A stretch of DNA of 64,000 nt from Alphaproteobacteria bacterium (GCA_045605805.1 JAZUQR010000021.1:1-64000); one strand, 5' to 3'; numbered from the stretch's first letter, positions 1 to 10,069 are shown. Made by a program: numbers and translations. The notes: generated by a model not told the origin, from the letters alone.

Positions 1-99
1 CCCTGTTATAAAGAATTGGCAATACCCCCCCCCCTGAACAATTTTTTCGTTATTTTTCAAGGGGTTAGCGGTTATTTCTGGAACTTTTACTTGAAACAT
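1..99 (-). CDS. 5' part of an unknown gene running off the window edge; contains a G10 tract
   Basis: ATG at 99 (or 102) after an AGGGAG RBS; open to base 1: MFQVKVPEITANPLKNNEKIVQGGGYCQFFITG; TTGACA-17-TATGCT promoter upstream. Confidence 0.6.
   Translation of the reverse strand, partial: MFQVKVPEITANPLKNNEKIVQGGGYCQFFITG
25..34. repeat. C10/G10 homopolymer tract, candidate phase-variation site
   Basis: Ten consecutive C on + strand, inside the reading frame above. Confidence 0.8.
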
Positions 100-196
100 C
101 ATATCTCCCTTTATATGCTGTTTTATTCCTTACAGAATATAAGCATATATGCCATAAGAAGTGATGTCAAGGTTTTTTTTATTTTTTTTTGATTTT

Positions 197-2800
197 TTAA
201 TATACCCCTTCAAAAGCATCCAGATATATCTGTTTAATATCCGCAATCAACGGATAAACGGGGTTGGCTCCGGTGCATTGATCATCAAAGGCCAAACGAG
301 CCAATTGGTTCAGATTTTTTTTGAATACTTTTTCGTCTATCCCATATTCCCGAATTGAGGCTGGGATACCGATTGTTGCTTTCAATTTTTCAATTTCCTT
401 TAACAACAACTGGACTTTTTCATCTTCTGTTGTTTTTTTGTTTCCAAGATACAACACATGGGCGATTTGGGCATAGCGTTTTTTGGCTTCTGGTGCTTGA
501 TATTGTGGAAATATCGCTTGCTTTTTGGGTTTGTCTGTTGCGTTAAAACGAATCACCTGACAAATTAACAAAGCGTTGGCAATGCCATGCGGAATATTGT
601 ACATCGCCCCCAATTTATGAGCCATTGAATGACAGATTCCCAAAAACGAATTGGCAAAGGCCATGCCTGCCATGGTGGCTGCATAGTGCATTTTTTCCCG
701 TGCCAGAGGATCATTTGCGCCTTCTTTATAAGCTCGGGGTAAATAGCGGAAGATTTGTTTAATTGCTTCCAAGGCTGATGAGTTTGTGAAGTTTGTTGCC
801 ATGACAGACACATAGGCTTCCAAACCATGTACAAGGGCATCAATACCGCCCGCTGCTGTCAACCCTTTGGGCATATTATCCACAAAATTCGGATCTACAA
901 TGGCCATGGTTGGCGTCAAGGCATAATCGGCCAAGGCATATTTGATGTGTGTTTTATCGTCTGTGATAATGGAAAATGGTGTCACCTCTGAACCTGTGCC
1001 GGATGTGGTTGGAATACACACCAATTTGGCTTTTTTACCCAATTCTGGCAAAGAACAAATCCGCTTGCGGATATCCATAAAACGCATAGAAATATCTTCA
1101 AAGTTTGTTTCGGGGTGTTCATACATCAACCAGATAATCTTGGCCACATCCATGGGTGAGCCACCCCCCAGGGCAATAATCAAATCCGGCTGATAGGAAT
1201 GGACAATACTCATGGCCTGTTCTACATTAGACAGCGTTGGATCAGGTTTCACATCAAAGAAAATCTCATAATCTGTGCGGATTTCTTCCAAAGTATCTGT
1301 AATTGGTCTCAGTGCGCCAGAATCAAACAAGAAACGGTCTGTCACGATAAAAGCTCGTTTCTTCCCTTCAAACTCACGCAAGGCCAAATCAGTTGCACCT
1401 CGTTTGAAATAGATTTTAGACGGCACTTTATACCACAACATATTCTCTCTCCTTATTGCTACGGTTTTATAGTTTAACAAATGCTTAGGGCCAACATTTT
1501 CGCTGACCGAATTACCGCCCCACGAACCACACCCTAGTGTTAGCGATGGTTCAAGGCGAAAGTTATACAAATCACCTATTCCCCCCTGTGAAGCCGGTGT
1601 ATTGACCAAAACTCGCCCCGTTGGCATTATTTGGGCGAATGCTTCAATTCTTGTTTCCTGTCTGTCATCGGTAAACAGCGAGGAGGTATGCCCCATTCCG
1701 CCTAATTCAATCAACTTTCGGGCAATGGTTGTTGCTTCTTCAAAGTTTTTAGCTTGATACATTGTTAAGATGGGCGACAACTTTTCATGGGCGTAAGGGT
1801 TGCTTGGGGTATAGTTTTTTTGCTCGGCAATCAATACTTTTGTCTCTGCGGGTACTGTAATCTTTGCCATATTGGCAATGGCGCAGGCTGATTGTCCCAC
1901 GATGGCCGAATTGACCGAATCATTAGGGGTTAGGATTATTTTTCCCAACTTTTCTATTTCTTTGGGTTTTAAGAAATATGCCCCACGATAAGCAAACTCT
2001 TTTTTGACTTGTTCATACACCTCTTTGACAACAACAACCGATTGTTCTGAGGCACAAATCATTCCATTATCAAAGGTTTTGGATAACAAAATAGACGACA
2101 CGGCCAAGCGGATATCTGCTGTTTCATCAATCACAGCGGGGGTATTTCCAGCCCCAACCCCCAATGCCGGTTTCCCACTGGAATAGGCTGCTTTGACCAT
2201 ACTGGGGCCGCCCGTGGCCAAAATCCCTTGAATCTGTGGATGTGTCATCAAGCGTTGGGACAATTCTACGCTTGGTTCATCTATCCATGCGATAATATCC
2301 TTTGGTGCGCCTGCTTTCACGGCGGCATCTAATACCACTTTGGCAGCCGCAATTGTGCTTTTTTTTGCCCGAGGGTGTGGGGAAAAGATGATGGCATTTC
2401 TTGTTTTCAAGCATATCAGCGACTTGAAAATTGCTGTGGAGGTTGGGTTTGTTGTGGGGACAATACCAGCCAAAACCCCCAATGGTGCCGCCACAATTTG
2501 TATGCCGTTTATTTTATCTTTTTTTATCACACCACAAGTCTTCACACTCTTATATTTATTGTAAATATATTCGGCCGCAAATTGATTTTTAATAACCTTA
2601 TCTTCAAAAACCCCCATGCCTGTTTCATTGACAGCCAACTCGGCCAACTCAATACGCATTTTATTGGCGGCACAGGCAGCAGCTTGAAAAATCTTGTTCA
2701 CCTTTTCTTCTGAAAACAGGGCATATTTTTCTTGGGCAATATGAACCCGTTCAATTAAATTATCCAGACTTTTCAAATTGCTGATTTGATTTTTTGGCAT
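197..2800 (-). CDS. adhE: Bifunctional acetaldehyde-CoA/alcohol dehydrogenase
   Basis: 867 aa; ALDH half (PTTNPTST, FDNGMICASEQ), GCGSWGGN linker, Fe-ADH half (GGGSPMD, TTSGTGSE, HSMAHKLG, PHG). Confidence 0.97.
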   Translation of the reverse strand: MPKNQISNLKSLDNLIERVHIAQEKYALFSEEKVNKIFQAAACAANKMRIELAELAVNETGMGVFEDKVIKNQFAAEYIYNKYKSVKTCGVIKKDKINGIQIVAAPLGVLAGIVPTTNPTSTAIFKSLICLKTRNAIIFSPHPRAKKSTIAAAKVVLDAAVKAGAPKDIIAWIDEPSVELSQRLMTHPQIQGILATGGPSMVKAAYSSGKPALGVGAGNTPAVIDETADIRLAVSSILLSKTFDNGMICASEQSVVVVKEVYEQVKKEFAYRGAYFLKPKEIEKLGKIILTPNDSVNSAIVGQSACAIANMAKITVPAETKVLIAEQKNYTPSNPYAHEKLSPILTMYQAKNFEEATTIARKLIELGGMGHTSSLFTDDRQETRIEAFAQIMPTGRVLVNTPASQGGIGDLYNFRLEPSLTLGCGSWGGNSVSENVGPKHLLNYKTVAIRRENMLWYKVPSKIYFKRGATDLALREFEGKKRAFIVTDRFLFDSGALRPITDTLEEIRTDYEIFFDVKPDPTLSNVEQAMSIVHSYQPDLIIALGGGSPMDVAKIIWLMYEHPETNFEDISMRFMDIRKRICSLPELGKKAKLVCIPTTSGTGSEVTPFSIITDDKTHIKYALADYALTPTMAIVDPNFVDNMPKGLTAAGGIDALVHGLEAYVSVMATNFTNSSALEAIKQIFRYLPRAYKEGANDPLAREKMHYAATMAGMAFANSFLGICHSMAHKLGAMYNIPHGIANALLICQVIRFNATDKPKKQAIFPQYQAPEAKKRYAQIAHVLYLGNKKTTEDEKVQLLLKEIEKLKATIGIPASIREYGIDEKVFKKNLNQLARLAFDDQCTGANPVYPLIADIKQIYLDAFEGVY

Positions 2801-2872
2801 TTGTTCCCCTTTGTTTTTTGTTCAGCCTAGCACACTTTTTTCAGATTGTCCAGCCTTTCTTTTACATAATTA

Positions 2873-2901
2873 AAAAAGAGCCCTTTTTCAAGGACTCTTT
2901 T
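2873..2901 (-). terminator. Probable intrinsic terminator after the hydrogenase operon
   Basis: Imperfect hairpin aaaagagccctt/aaggactctttt with A/T runs. Confidence 0.55.
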
Positions 2902-2905
2902 GCTT

Positions 2906-4666
2906 TTATTGTTCGTCTTTTCTGTACATTTTTCTTGCTGTATAGTGTGTATGCAACAATTCTTCCGATTTTTCAGAAAGCGGTGCTCCCAAGAACTCTT
3001 GGTACAACTTTTGAATATCAGGATTTTGATGCGAACAACGCACTTTTGCTTGACGATCATCGTTTTTCAAGCCGTCTTGACGGGCTTTACGAACGGCATT
3101 TGTCACCCCCAAAGGCTGACCACCGCCACCGATACATCCACCTGGGCAAGCCATCACTTCAATAAAGTCGTATGGTGTTTTTTCACCATTCGCTTTGGCC
3201 CGACGGACTTTTTCCAACACAGAAGCCACATTTTTGATGCCATGTGCCACTGCAATATGGATTTCTTTACCGGCAATTGTCAAGGTCATTTCTTTGGCAC
3301 CTTCGTTCAAATTGGTAATTTGGTCAAACTCCAAGTTTTCCAATTCTTTTCCGGTGATTAAATAGTGAGCTGTTCTTAACGCTGCCTCCATCACACCGCC
3401 AGAGAATCCAAAGATTGTTCCGGCACCAGAATATGCCCCCAATGGAGAATCTGCTTCTTCATCCGGCAAGGCATTGAAATCAACACCCATTTGTTTAATC
3501 ATACGGACCAATTCACGAGTGGTTAATGACACATCAATGTTTTGAATGCCTTCACGGAACATTTCTTTTGACCGTTTGATTTCCCATTTTTTGGCTGTAC
3601 ATGGCATAATGGATACCACAATCATATCCTTTGGATCTACCCCGATTTTGTCGGCATAGTATGTTTTTGCCAAAGCACCCAACATTGCTTGTGGAGATTT
3701 TGCTGTGGAGAAATTGTCAATCATATCATGATCCACTTTTTCCAAGTAATCCACCCATGCCGGACAGCAACTTGTAATCAAAGGCAATCTTTCGGGCTCT
3801 GTTGTAAAGCGTTTGACAAATTCGCTTCCTTCTTCCATAATCGTCAAGTCGGCAGCGAAGTTTGTATCAAACACAGCTTTGAATCCCATCCGACGCAAGG
3901 CGGCATAGATTTTGCCTGTCACCAAATCACCGCTTTGATGGCCAAAGGCTTCACCCAAAGCCACACGAACGGCCGGTGCAATTTGTACCACGCATGTTTT
4001 TGTTGTATCTTGCAAATAGTCCCAAACTTTGGATGTTTCGTCCATTTCTGTGATTGCGCCTGTTGGACAGTGAGCAGAACATTGTCCACATTTAATACAT
4101 GGTGAATCATCCAATGGCAAGCCGGCAGCTGGTGTCATTTGTGTATTGATACCTCGATTCAATGAGCTTAATGCATAGACATTTTGAACTTCTTGGCACA
4201 CCTGAACGCAGCGACCACATTGAACACATTTGCGTGGGTCAATTTGGATACATCCTGTGGAATCATCCACCGGCATTTCTTTTTCAGATGGTGTAATGTT
4301 ATCAAAGGCATCTTTATCCAATGCAAACTCACGAGCCAAATCTTGCAATTCGCAGTTGCCGTTTTTCAAACAGCTTAAACAATCATTCGGGTGACGAGAT
4401 AAAATCAATTCCACAATTGTTTTGCGGGCTTTCATAATATCTGGATCCCGAGTGATTACTTGCATCCCTTCTGCCACCGGTGTGCAGCATGAACGCAACA
4501 TTCTGCCATTGATTTTCACAATACAGATACCGCAAGCAGCTGTGGCTTCCAAGTCGGGATGTTTACAAAGTGTCGGCACAATAACCTGTGCTTCACGACA
4601 AGCATCCAAAACGCTTGTTCCTTCTGGAACTTTTACTTCTATTCCGTCAATTGTCAATGTAATCAT
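2906..4666 (-). CDS. hydA: Group A [FeFe]-hydrogenase catalytic subunit (HydA/HndD-like)
   Basis: N-terminal 2Fe-2S domain, His-ligated 4Fe-4S (HPNDCLSC..C), 2x4Fe-4S; H-cluster motifs TSCCPAW, MPCTAKKWE, EVMACPGGCIGGGGQP; start taken at MITLTIDG. Confidence 0.95.
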   Translation of the reverse strand: MITLTIDGIEVKVPEGTSVLDACREAQVIVPTLCKHPDLEATAACGICIVKINGRMLRSCCTPVAEGMQVITRDPDIMKARKTIVELILSRHPNDCLSCLKNGNCELQDLAREFALDKDAFDNITPSEKEMPVDDSTGCIQIDPRKCVQCGRCVQVCQEVQNVYALSSLNRGINTQMTPAAGLPLDDSPCIKCGQCSAHCPTGAITEMDETSKVWDYLQDTTKTCVVQIAPAVRVALGEAFGHQSGDLVTGKIYAALRRMGFKAVFDTNFAADLTIMEEGSEFVKRFTTEPERLPLITSCCPAWVDYLEKVDHDMIDNFSTAKSPQAMLGALAKTYYADKIGVDPKDMIVVSIMPCTAKKWEIKRSKEMFREGIQNIDVSLTTRELVRMIKQMGVDFNALPDEEADSPLGAYSGAGTIFGFSGGVMEAALRTAHYLITGKELENLEFDQITNLNEGAKEMTLTIAGKEIHIAVAHGIKNVASVLEKVRRAKANGEKTPYDFIEVMACPGGCIGGGGQPLGVTNAVRKARQDGLKNDDRQAKVRCSHQNPDIQKLYQEFLGAPLSEKSEELLHTHYTARKMYRKDEQ

Positions 4667-4667
4667 C

Positions 4668-6389
4668 TTAGCATCCTTTCTTTTCTTCATCTTTTTGCAA
4701 CAAGGCTTCGTATTCGTCTTCAAAATACTTGATTGTTGACAACACAGGGTTTGGTGAGGTTTGACCTAAACCACACAAAGAACCTTTTTGCATTGCAGAA
4801 CCGATTTCCTTGATTTTTTCCAAATCTTCACGTGTGCCTTTGCCTTCTGAAATCTTTGTCAAAAGTTTCAGCATTTGATAGCCACCCAAACGGCATGGAG
4901 CGCACTTTCCGCAAGATTCATCAACGGTAAAGCCCAAATAAAACTTGGCAATTTCAACCATGGAATCATCTTCATCCATCACAATCATACCACCGGACCC
5001 CATCATAGAACCGATTTTTTTCAATTCTTCATAGCATAAAGGCAAGTTCAAGTCACGAGCTGGAATCACACCACCGGAAGGTCCGCCTGTTTGCACAGCT
5101 TTGAAGGCCTTTCCTGTGGAGGTACCGCCCCCTACCTCTTCAACCATTTCACGAACTGTTGTTCCCATCGGAACTTCAACCAAGCCGGAATGTTTCACTT
5201 TACCAGTTAAAGCAAACACTTTTGTTCCTTTACTTGTTTCTGTTCCAACACAATTAAACCAATCAGCCCCATTCAAAATGATTTGTGGCACATTGGCCCA
5301 TGTTTCCACATTATTGATGATTGTTGGTTTACCGAACAACCCTTTTTCTGTTGGATATGGCGGGCGAGGACGTGGTGTTCCTTTGTTCCCTTCCAAGGAC
5401 ATCATCAAAGCTGTTTCTTCACCGCATACAAATGCCCCTGCCCCATAACGCAATTCTGCCATAAAGCTGAAATCCGTTCCAAAAATGTTTTTGCCCAAAA
5501 TACCGGCTTTTTTGGCTTGTTTCAAGGCCAATTCAACACGTTCCAGAGCCAATGGATATTCGGCACGCACATAGAACCAACCGGAGGTTGCCCCTGTGGC
5601 ATATGCCGCAATCATCATTCCTTCCAAAACGGCATGAGCACCACCACCCAAAATACAGGAATCCATATAAGCACCTGGGTCACCTTCGTCACCATTACAG
5701 ATGATGAACTTTTCACCATCCACCAATGGGGCTTTGGCCAGTAATTCCCATTTTTTACCAGTTGGGAAGCCACCACCGCCACGGCCACGAAGGCCAGATT
5801 TTGTGATTTCTTCCAACACTTGTTGTGGGGTCATTTCAAACAAGCACTTCATCAATGCTTTATACCCGCCATTGGATACATATTCACCCAAATCTTCCGG
5901 ATCAGAAGAACCCAAGTGTTTCAACACAATACGGCGTTGTTTTGTAAAGAACGGCAAATCCATGGGCAATTCTTTTTCTTGTAAATGAGGAGCTAACTTT
6001 AATTCTGCTTCTGGATGTCCCAACAAAGGTTTGATATGTTGTTCCACAATCAAGTGTGCTATATCAGAGGTCATTTCCTTATAAAGGAACGGCTTGCGAC
6101 CTTTAATTTCAATGCGTGTCATTGGACCAGCCGCACACAACCCCATACAACCTGTGGCAACCAAACGCACTTGTTCGGTTAAACCGGCTGTTTCCAAAGC
6201 CTGTTTTAAGGCATCGTACACACCTTGACCGCCGCCGGAGTGGCAACTTGTTGCATTACATGTGAAAATTGTGGCCAGATATTTATCATTTTTTTCTTCA
6301 AAATCTTTGCCCATTTGCAAAAGTTTATCTTTTTGCATACGGCCAACGGCTTTTAATTTTTCAATTTGTTCTGGTGTCATTTCTACCAT
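4668..6389 (-). CDS. hydB: NuoF-like NADH/FMN-binding hydrogenase subunit (HydB/HndC-like), without C-terminal ferredoxin domain
   Basis: GLRGRGGGGFPTG, CNGDEGDPGAYMD, GAGAFVCGEETAL, GGPSGG, ESCGKCAPCR...CGLG; N-terminal thioredoxin-like 2Fe-2S cysteines. Confidence 0.92.
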   Translation of the reverse strand: MVEMTPEQIEKLKAVGRMQKDKLLQMGKDFEEKNDKYLATIFTCNATSCHSGGGQGVYDALKQALETAGLTEQVRLVATGCMGLCAAGPMTRIEIKGRKPFLYKEMTSDIAHLIVEQHIKPLLGHPEAELKLAPHLQEKELPMDLPFFTKQRRIVLKHLGSSDPEDLGEYVSNGGYKALMKCLFEMTPQQVLEEITKSGLRGRGGGGFPTGKKWELLAKAPLVDGEKFIICNGDEGDPGAYMDSCILGGGAHAVLEGMMIAAYATGATSGWFYVRAEYPLALERVELALKQAKKAGILGKNIFGTDFSFMAELRYGAGAFVCGEETALMMSLEGNKGTPRPRPPYPTEKGLFGKPTIINNVETWANVPQIILNGADWFNCVGTETSKGTKVFALTGKVKHSGLVEVPMGTTVREMVEEVGGGTSTGKAFKAVQTGGPSGGVIPARDLNLPLCYEELKKIGSMMGSGGMIVMDEDDSMVEIAKFYLGFTVDESCGKCAPCRLGGYQMLKLLTKISEGKGTREDLEKIKEIGSAMQKGSLCGLGQTSPNPVLSTIKYFEDEYEALLQKDEEKKGC

Positions 6390-6390
6390 A

Positions 6391-6867
6391 TTAGTTTGCC
6401 TCCTTCGCACGCCATTCGTTTATAATTGATTTAATCTTATCTGGTGTCACTTTACCATAGGTCACCCCATTGATAACCATCACAGGGGCCAATCCGCAAC
6501 AACCCAAGCAACGGACAACTTGTATAAAGAACAAGCCGTCGTCTGTTGTTGTGCCAGCCGGTACACCCAATTCTTTTTCAAGCTCTTCTAAAACGCTGAT
6601 ACTGCCTTTGATGTGACAAGCTGTGCCATCACAAACGGAGATAACATATTTCCCAGGGGCTTTAACTTTGAAATAGTTATAGAATGTTAAACATTCATAG
6701 ATTTTTACCATTGGAACACCCAAGCCTTCACCCAAATAAAGAGCTTCATCCCAAGGGACATATCCAAATTGTTCTTGCAATTCATGCAATGCCATAATCA
6801 ATGAGCCACGCTTACCATTCCATTTACGGATGATAGCGTCAACTTTTTGCTTGTTTTCTTCGTTCAT
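6391..6867 (-). CDS. hydC: NuoE-like 2Fe-2S hydrogenase subunit (HydC/HndA-like)
   Basis: CDGTACH...CLGCCGLAP; start MNEENKQ after RBS. Confidence 0.92.
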   Translation of the reverse strand: MNEENKQKVDAIIRKWNGKRGSLIMALHELQEQFGYVPWDEALYLGEGLGVPMVKIYECLTFYNYFKVKAPGKYVISVCDGTACHIKGSISVLEELEKELGVPAGTTTDDGLFFIQVVRCLGCCGLAPVMVINGVTYGKVTPDKIKSIINEWRAKEAN

Positions 6868-6988
6868 TTTCACCCTTTCATTAAAAAATGTGTATGTTGT
6901 GAGTTTATACAAACTTTTTGTAAAAAGCAAGAAAAAAATGTTTGAAATAAGAAAATCCCTCAGAAGTTCTCTAAGGGATGATGGAGAT

Positions 6989-7612
6989 TTAACGAGAGGT
7001 TCTTTCCCCTCTTGTGACTTTTGGAGCCAGCTCTGCCGCAATTTTTTCTTTTAATCCTGTAGTCTTATTCTCATTTAAAAAATGATAATGACCAGTTCTG
7101 TTCAAGTCAATAAGCTTATTCAATTTTGGATTTCTTTCATCCTCAAACATCACAATCAAATCATCCCGTGTAATAGCTTCATGTGACCTACAGACAGAAG
7201 TAATACGTCCTTCCTTATCAAGTTCTATATCAATAGCTTGAAGGCCTTCACTATCACAAAATGTAATATGATCAAAAGGTTCTTTATCGACGGTAAAAAT
7301 CGGCCGATTTGGAATTCCAGGCACATCACCCTCAACGTATACATACCTCTTTGCTTTTCCGTTTAACTCAAAATTAGCCAGTGCTAATTTTTCTTTGACT
7401 ATATGATCATATGGACCACTCATCCTTTGACCTACAAGATTAAAACCAGCCAAGTGTTGTGCTTCTCTTCCATTGTTTATATCTTTTCCTTTATATATAT
7501 CAAATGCTATACCACTATCACTAAGTGTAAAATATATCGTATGTCTTCCGTTTTTAAAGAGTAACGTACCAATACCGCTTTCTGTTTTTGTATGCTTTAC
7601 TAAAAATGTCAT
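6989..7612 (-). CDS. Hypothetical protein with basic C-terminal tail
   Basis: 207 aa ORF, AAGGAG RBS, own promoter; ends KVTRGERTSR. Confidence 0.75.
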   Translation of the reverse strand: MTFLVKHTKTESGIGTLLFKNGRHTIYFTLSDSGIAFDIYKGKDINNGREAQHLAGFNLVGQRMSGPYDHIVKEKLALANFELNGKAKRYVYVEGDVPGIPNRPIFTVDKEPFDHITFCDSEGLQAIDIELDKEGRITSVCRSHEAITRDDLIVMFEDERNPKLNKLIDLNRTGHYHFLNENKTTGLKEKIAAELAPKVTRGERTSR

Positions 7613-7653
7613 ATCATTCTCCTTTTATAAGTTTTAGACCATTCAACCTGCAC

Positions 7654-7682
7654 ATTGTATTCCCCCAAAATAGTTATGTCAA
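7654..7682 (-). promoter_or_regulatory. Sigma70-type promoter
   Basis: TTGACA-17-TACAAT on minus strand. Confidence 0.7.
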
Positions 7683-7739
7683 TGATTTTTTGTTGATTCA
7701 CAATTATTTTATCCTATCTGTTATAAGGGAGAGAACAAG

Positions 7740-8645
7740 ATGAAAAATTATTTATTTGCAGTTATTTCTATACTATTTTGGAGTTTTAATGTGATTATTG
7801 CCCATATTTTAGCCAACCATTTAACCCCTTGGCAGATTTCGGGGTTTCGGTGGAGCATTGCGGCTTTATTGATTTTACCATTTGCCGTTTTTTCATTAAA
7901 ACAGAACTGGCAAATTGTGCTTAAAAACAAGTGGTGGATTTGTTGGACGGCTTTATGGGGCATTACCATCAACAATACTTTGGTCTATTATGCCGCCTAT
8001 ACTGTTCGGCCGGTGGCTCTTTCTTTAATTGGCGTGACGGGACCGTTATTTTTAATTTTTTTCTCATGGCTTATTCAAGGTAAAGATTTGTCCAAACGCC
8101 AACTCTTTGGGCTTTTGTTCACTTTGCTTGGTGTGTTTGCTATTATCCTTTACGGCCGAGCGCAAACGATGGGCGAAATACACTTTGAAAGGGGAGATTT
8201 TTGGATGCTAGGGGCGGCCATCACTTTTGGTTATTACAGTTTTTGCGTGGCTGACAAACCAAAAAACCTGCCCTACTTTCCATTTTTTGCTGCCTCGCTT
8301 ATTGTTGGTTCTCTTTTATGTCTTCCAATGTTTCTGTGGGATACATTCAGCACACCTGTTGCTTTCTTATCCAATATGAACCTTGATATTTTAGGCGTGT
8401 TATTTTTCTTGGGTATTTTTAATTCTGTGTTGGCTTATTTGCTGTGGAATTATGCTCTGACAAAAGGTGATCCGATTAAAATTTCCATGATTTACTATTT
8501 AATGCCTGTTTTTTCAATGGTAGAAAGTTGGTTTATTTTGAATGATTCCATCCATTGGATTCAAGTTGTGGGTGCATTTGTTGTTTTTGGCGGGATTTAT
8601 TACAGCACAAAATCCACCCCCAAAAAAAAGCAGTCTTCTTCTTGA
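7740..8645 (+). CDS. DMT/EamA family transporter
   Basis: About 10 hydrophobic segments in two EamA-like repeats. Confidence 0.88.
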   Translation: MKNYLFAVISILFWSFNVIIAHILANHLTPWQISGFRWSIAALLILPFAVFSLKQNWQIVLKNKWWICWTALWGITINNTLVYYAAYTVRPVALSLIGVTGPLFLIFFSWLIQGKDLSKRQLFGLLFTLLGVFAIILYGRAQTMGEIHFERGDFWMLGAAITFGYYSFCVADKPKNLPYFPFFAASLIVGSLLCLPMFLWDTFSTPVAFLSNMNLDILGVLFFLGIFNSVLAYLLWNYALTKGDPIKISMIYYLMPVFSMVESWFILNDSIHWIQVVGAFVVFGGIYYSTKSTPKKKQSSS

Positions 8646-8657
8646 AGGCTGCTTTTG
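8624..8657. terminator. Bidirectional terminator between DMT gene and cysS
   Basis: aaaagcagtctt...aaggctgctttt hairpin. Confidence 0.6.
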
Positions 8658-8674
8658 TTTTGTTGGATGGTTGG

Positions 8675-10069
8675 TTAAATCTTGTTGATTTGAACTTCAC
8701 CGTTTGGTAAGTCTTTTACCGTTAAACCTTTTGCTTTTAGGGCATCCCGAATTTCGTCAGATTTGGCCCAATCTTTGGCTGCACGAGCCACTTTGCGAGC
8801 TTCCAACAAGGCTTGCACTTCTGCATCCGGTACATAGACTTGTTCTTTCATCTCGGACATATTCAAACCCAAAAAGCCATCCATATCAGACAAAATTGCC
8901 CATTTTGTTGCGTTATTCAAGGTGCTATCTTTGACAACTTCCCACATAACTGCCAAGGCCTGAGGTGTGGCCACATCGTTAAAGACCGCTGTATCAAACT
9001 TTGTCAGGTATGCCGCCTTTTTCGCTTCATCCACCGCAGCGGTTAAATCTTTTTTCATGTCAATCACACGAGCCGTTAGGTTATTATAGGCTGATTGTGC
9101 TGCTTCCAAGGCTTCCCATGTAAATTGCAAGGCAGAACGATAATGCGCTGTCAATGCCAGATAGCGATAAGCCAATGGATTATAGCCTTTTTCTTTCAAG
9201 GCAGGCACCGTTAAAATGTTCCCCAAGGATTTGGACATTTTGATTCCTTTTAATTGCAACCATTCATTATGAACCCAGTAATTCACCCATTTATGTCCAA
9301 AGCATCCTTCTGATTGAGCTTTTTCATTTTCGTGATGCACAGGCACATGCTCAATTCCGCCGCAATGGATATCAATGTATTCCCCTAAGTATTTTGAGGA
9401 CATCACTGAGCATTCAATATGCCACCCAGGGTATCCTCTACCCCAAGGGGAATCCCACTGTAAAATCTGGTTTTCAAACTTAGAGGTTGTGAACCACAGC
9501 ACAAAGTCTGTTGCGTTGCGTTTATTAGCATCTTCTTCCACACGAGCCCCATGTTGCAGCCCTTCAATATCTTTGCGTGATAATTCCCCATAACGACCAA
9601 ATTTTACCGTATCAAAATAAACATTACCACCACTGGTATAGGCAAGGCCTTTTTCTTCCAATTTTTGGACAAATTGAATCATATCCTGCACATGTTCGGT
9701 GGCACGACAGACCACAGTTGGCCGGATTATATTCAAATCTTTTTCCTCTTCAAAAAAGAAGTCTTCATATTTGCGTGCCAATTCAATCACATCCATTTGT
9801 TCTTGTTTGGCGGCTTTTACCATTTTGTCTTCGCCACTGTCTTCATCCGAAGTAAGATGCCCCACATCTGTTATATTCATCACATGGGTGACTTCATATC
9901 CTGCCCGTGTTAAAGCACGATGCAAAAAATCTTCATTCAAGTATGTACGCAGGTTGCCGATATGTGCAAAACTGTACACCGTTGGACCACAACAATACAG
10001 ACGCACTTTTCCTTCTTCAATAGGTTGAAAATCTTCAATGGATCTTGTCAGTGTGTTGTATAGTTTCAT
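8675..10069 (-). CDS. cysS: Cysteine--tRNA ligase
   Basis: CGPTVY..AHIGN, PGWHIECS, KMSKS. Confidence 0.97.
   Translation of the reverse strand: MKLYNTLTRSIEDFQPIEEGKVRLYCCGPTVYSFAHIGNLRTYLNEDFLHRALTRAGYEVTHVMNITDVGHLTSDEDSGEDKMVKAAKQEQMDVIELARKYEDFFFEEEKDLNIIRPTVVCRATEHVQDMIQFVQKLEEKGLAYTSGGNVYFDTVKFGRYGELSRKDIEGLQHGARVEEDANKRNATDFVLWFTTSKFENQILQWDSPWGRGYPGWHIECSVMSSKYLGEYIDIHCGGIEHVPVHHENEKAQSEGCFGHKWVNYWVHNEWLQLKGIKMSKSLGNILTVPALKEKGYNPLAYRYLALTAHYRSALQFTWEALEAAQSAYNNLTARVIDMKKDLTAAVDEAKKAAYLTKFDTAVFNDVATPQALAVMWEVVKDSTLNNATKWAILSDMDGFLGLNMSEMKEQVYVPDAEVQALLEARKVARAAKDWAKSDEIRDALKAKGLTVKDLPNGEVQINKI

Noticed and set aside
2855-2885. dif-like half site (TTATGTAAAG on minus strand); similar TTATGTCAAT near 7674
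   Set aside because: No plausible XerC arm; the sites overlap a terminator and a -35 box.
6896-6913. Rex-like operator upstream of the hydrogenase operon (ttgtgagtttatacaa)
   Set aside because: Spacing is shorter than TTGTGAA-N4-TTCACAA and has mismatches; it overlaps the likely -10.
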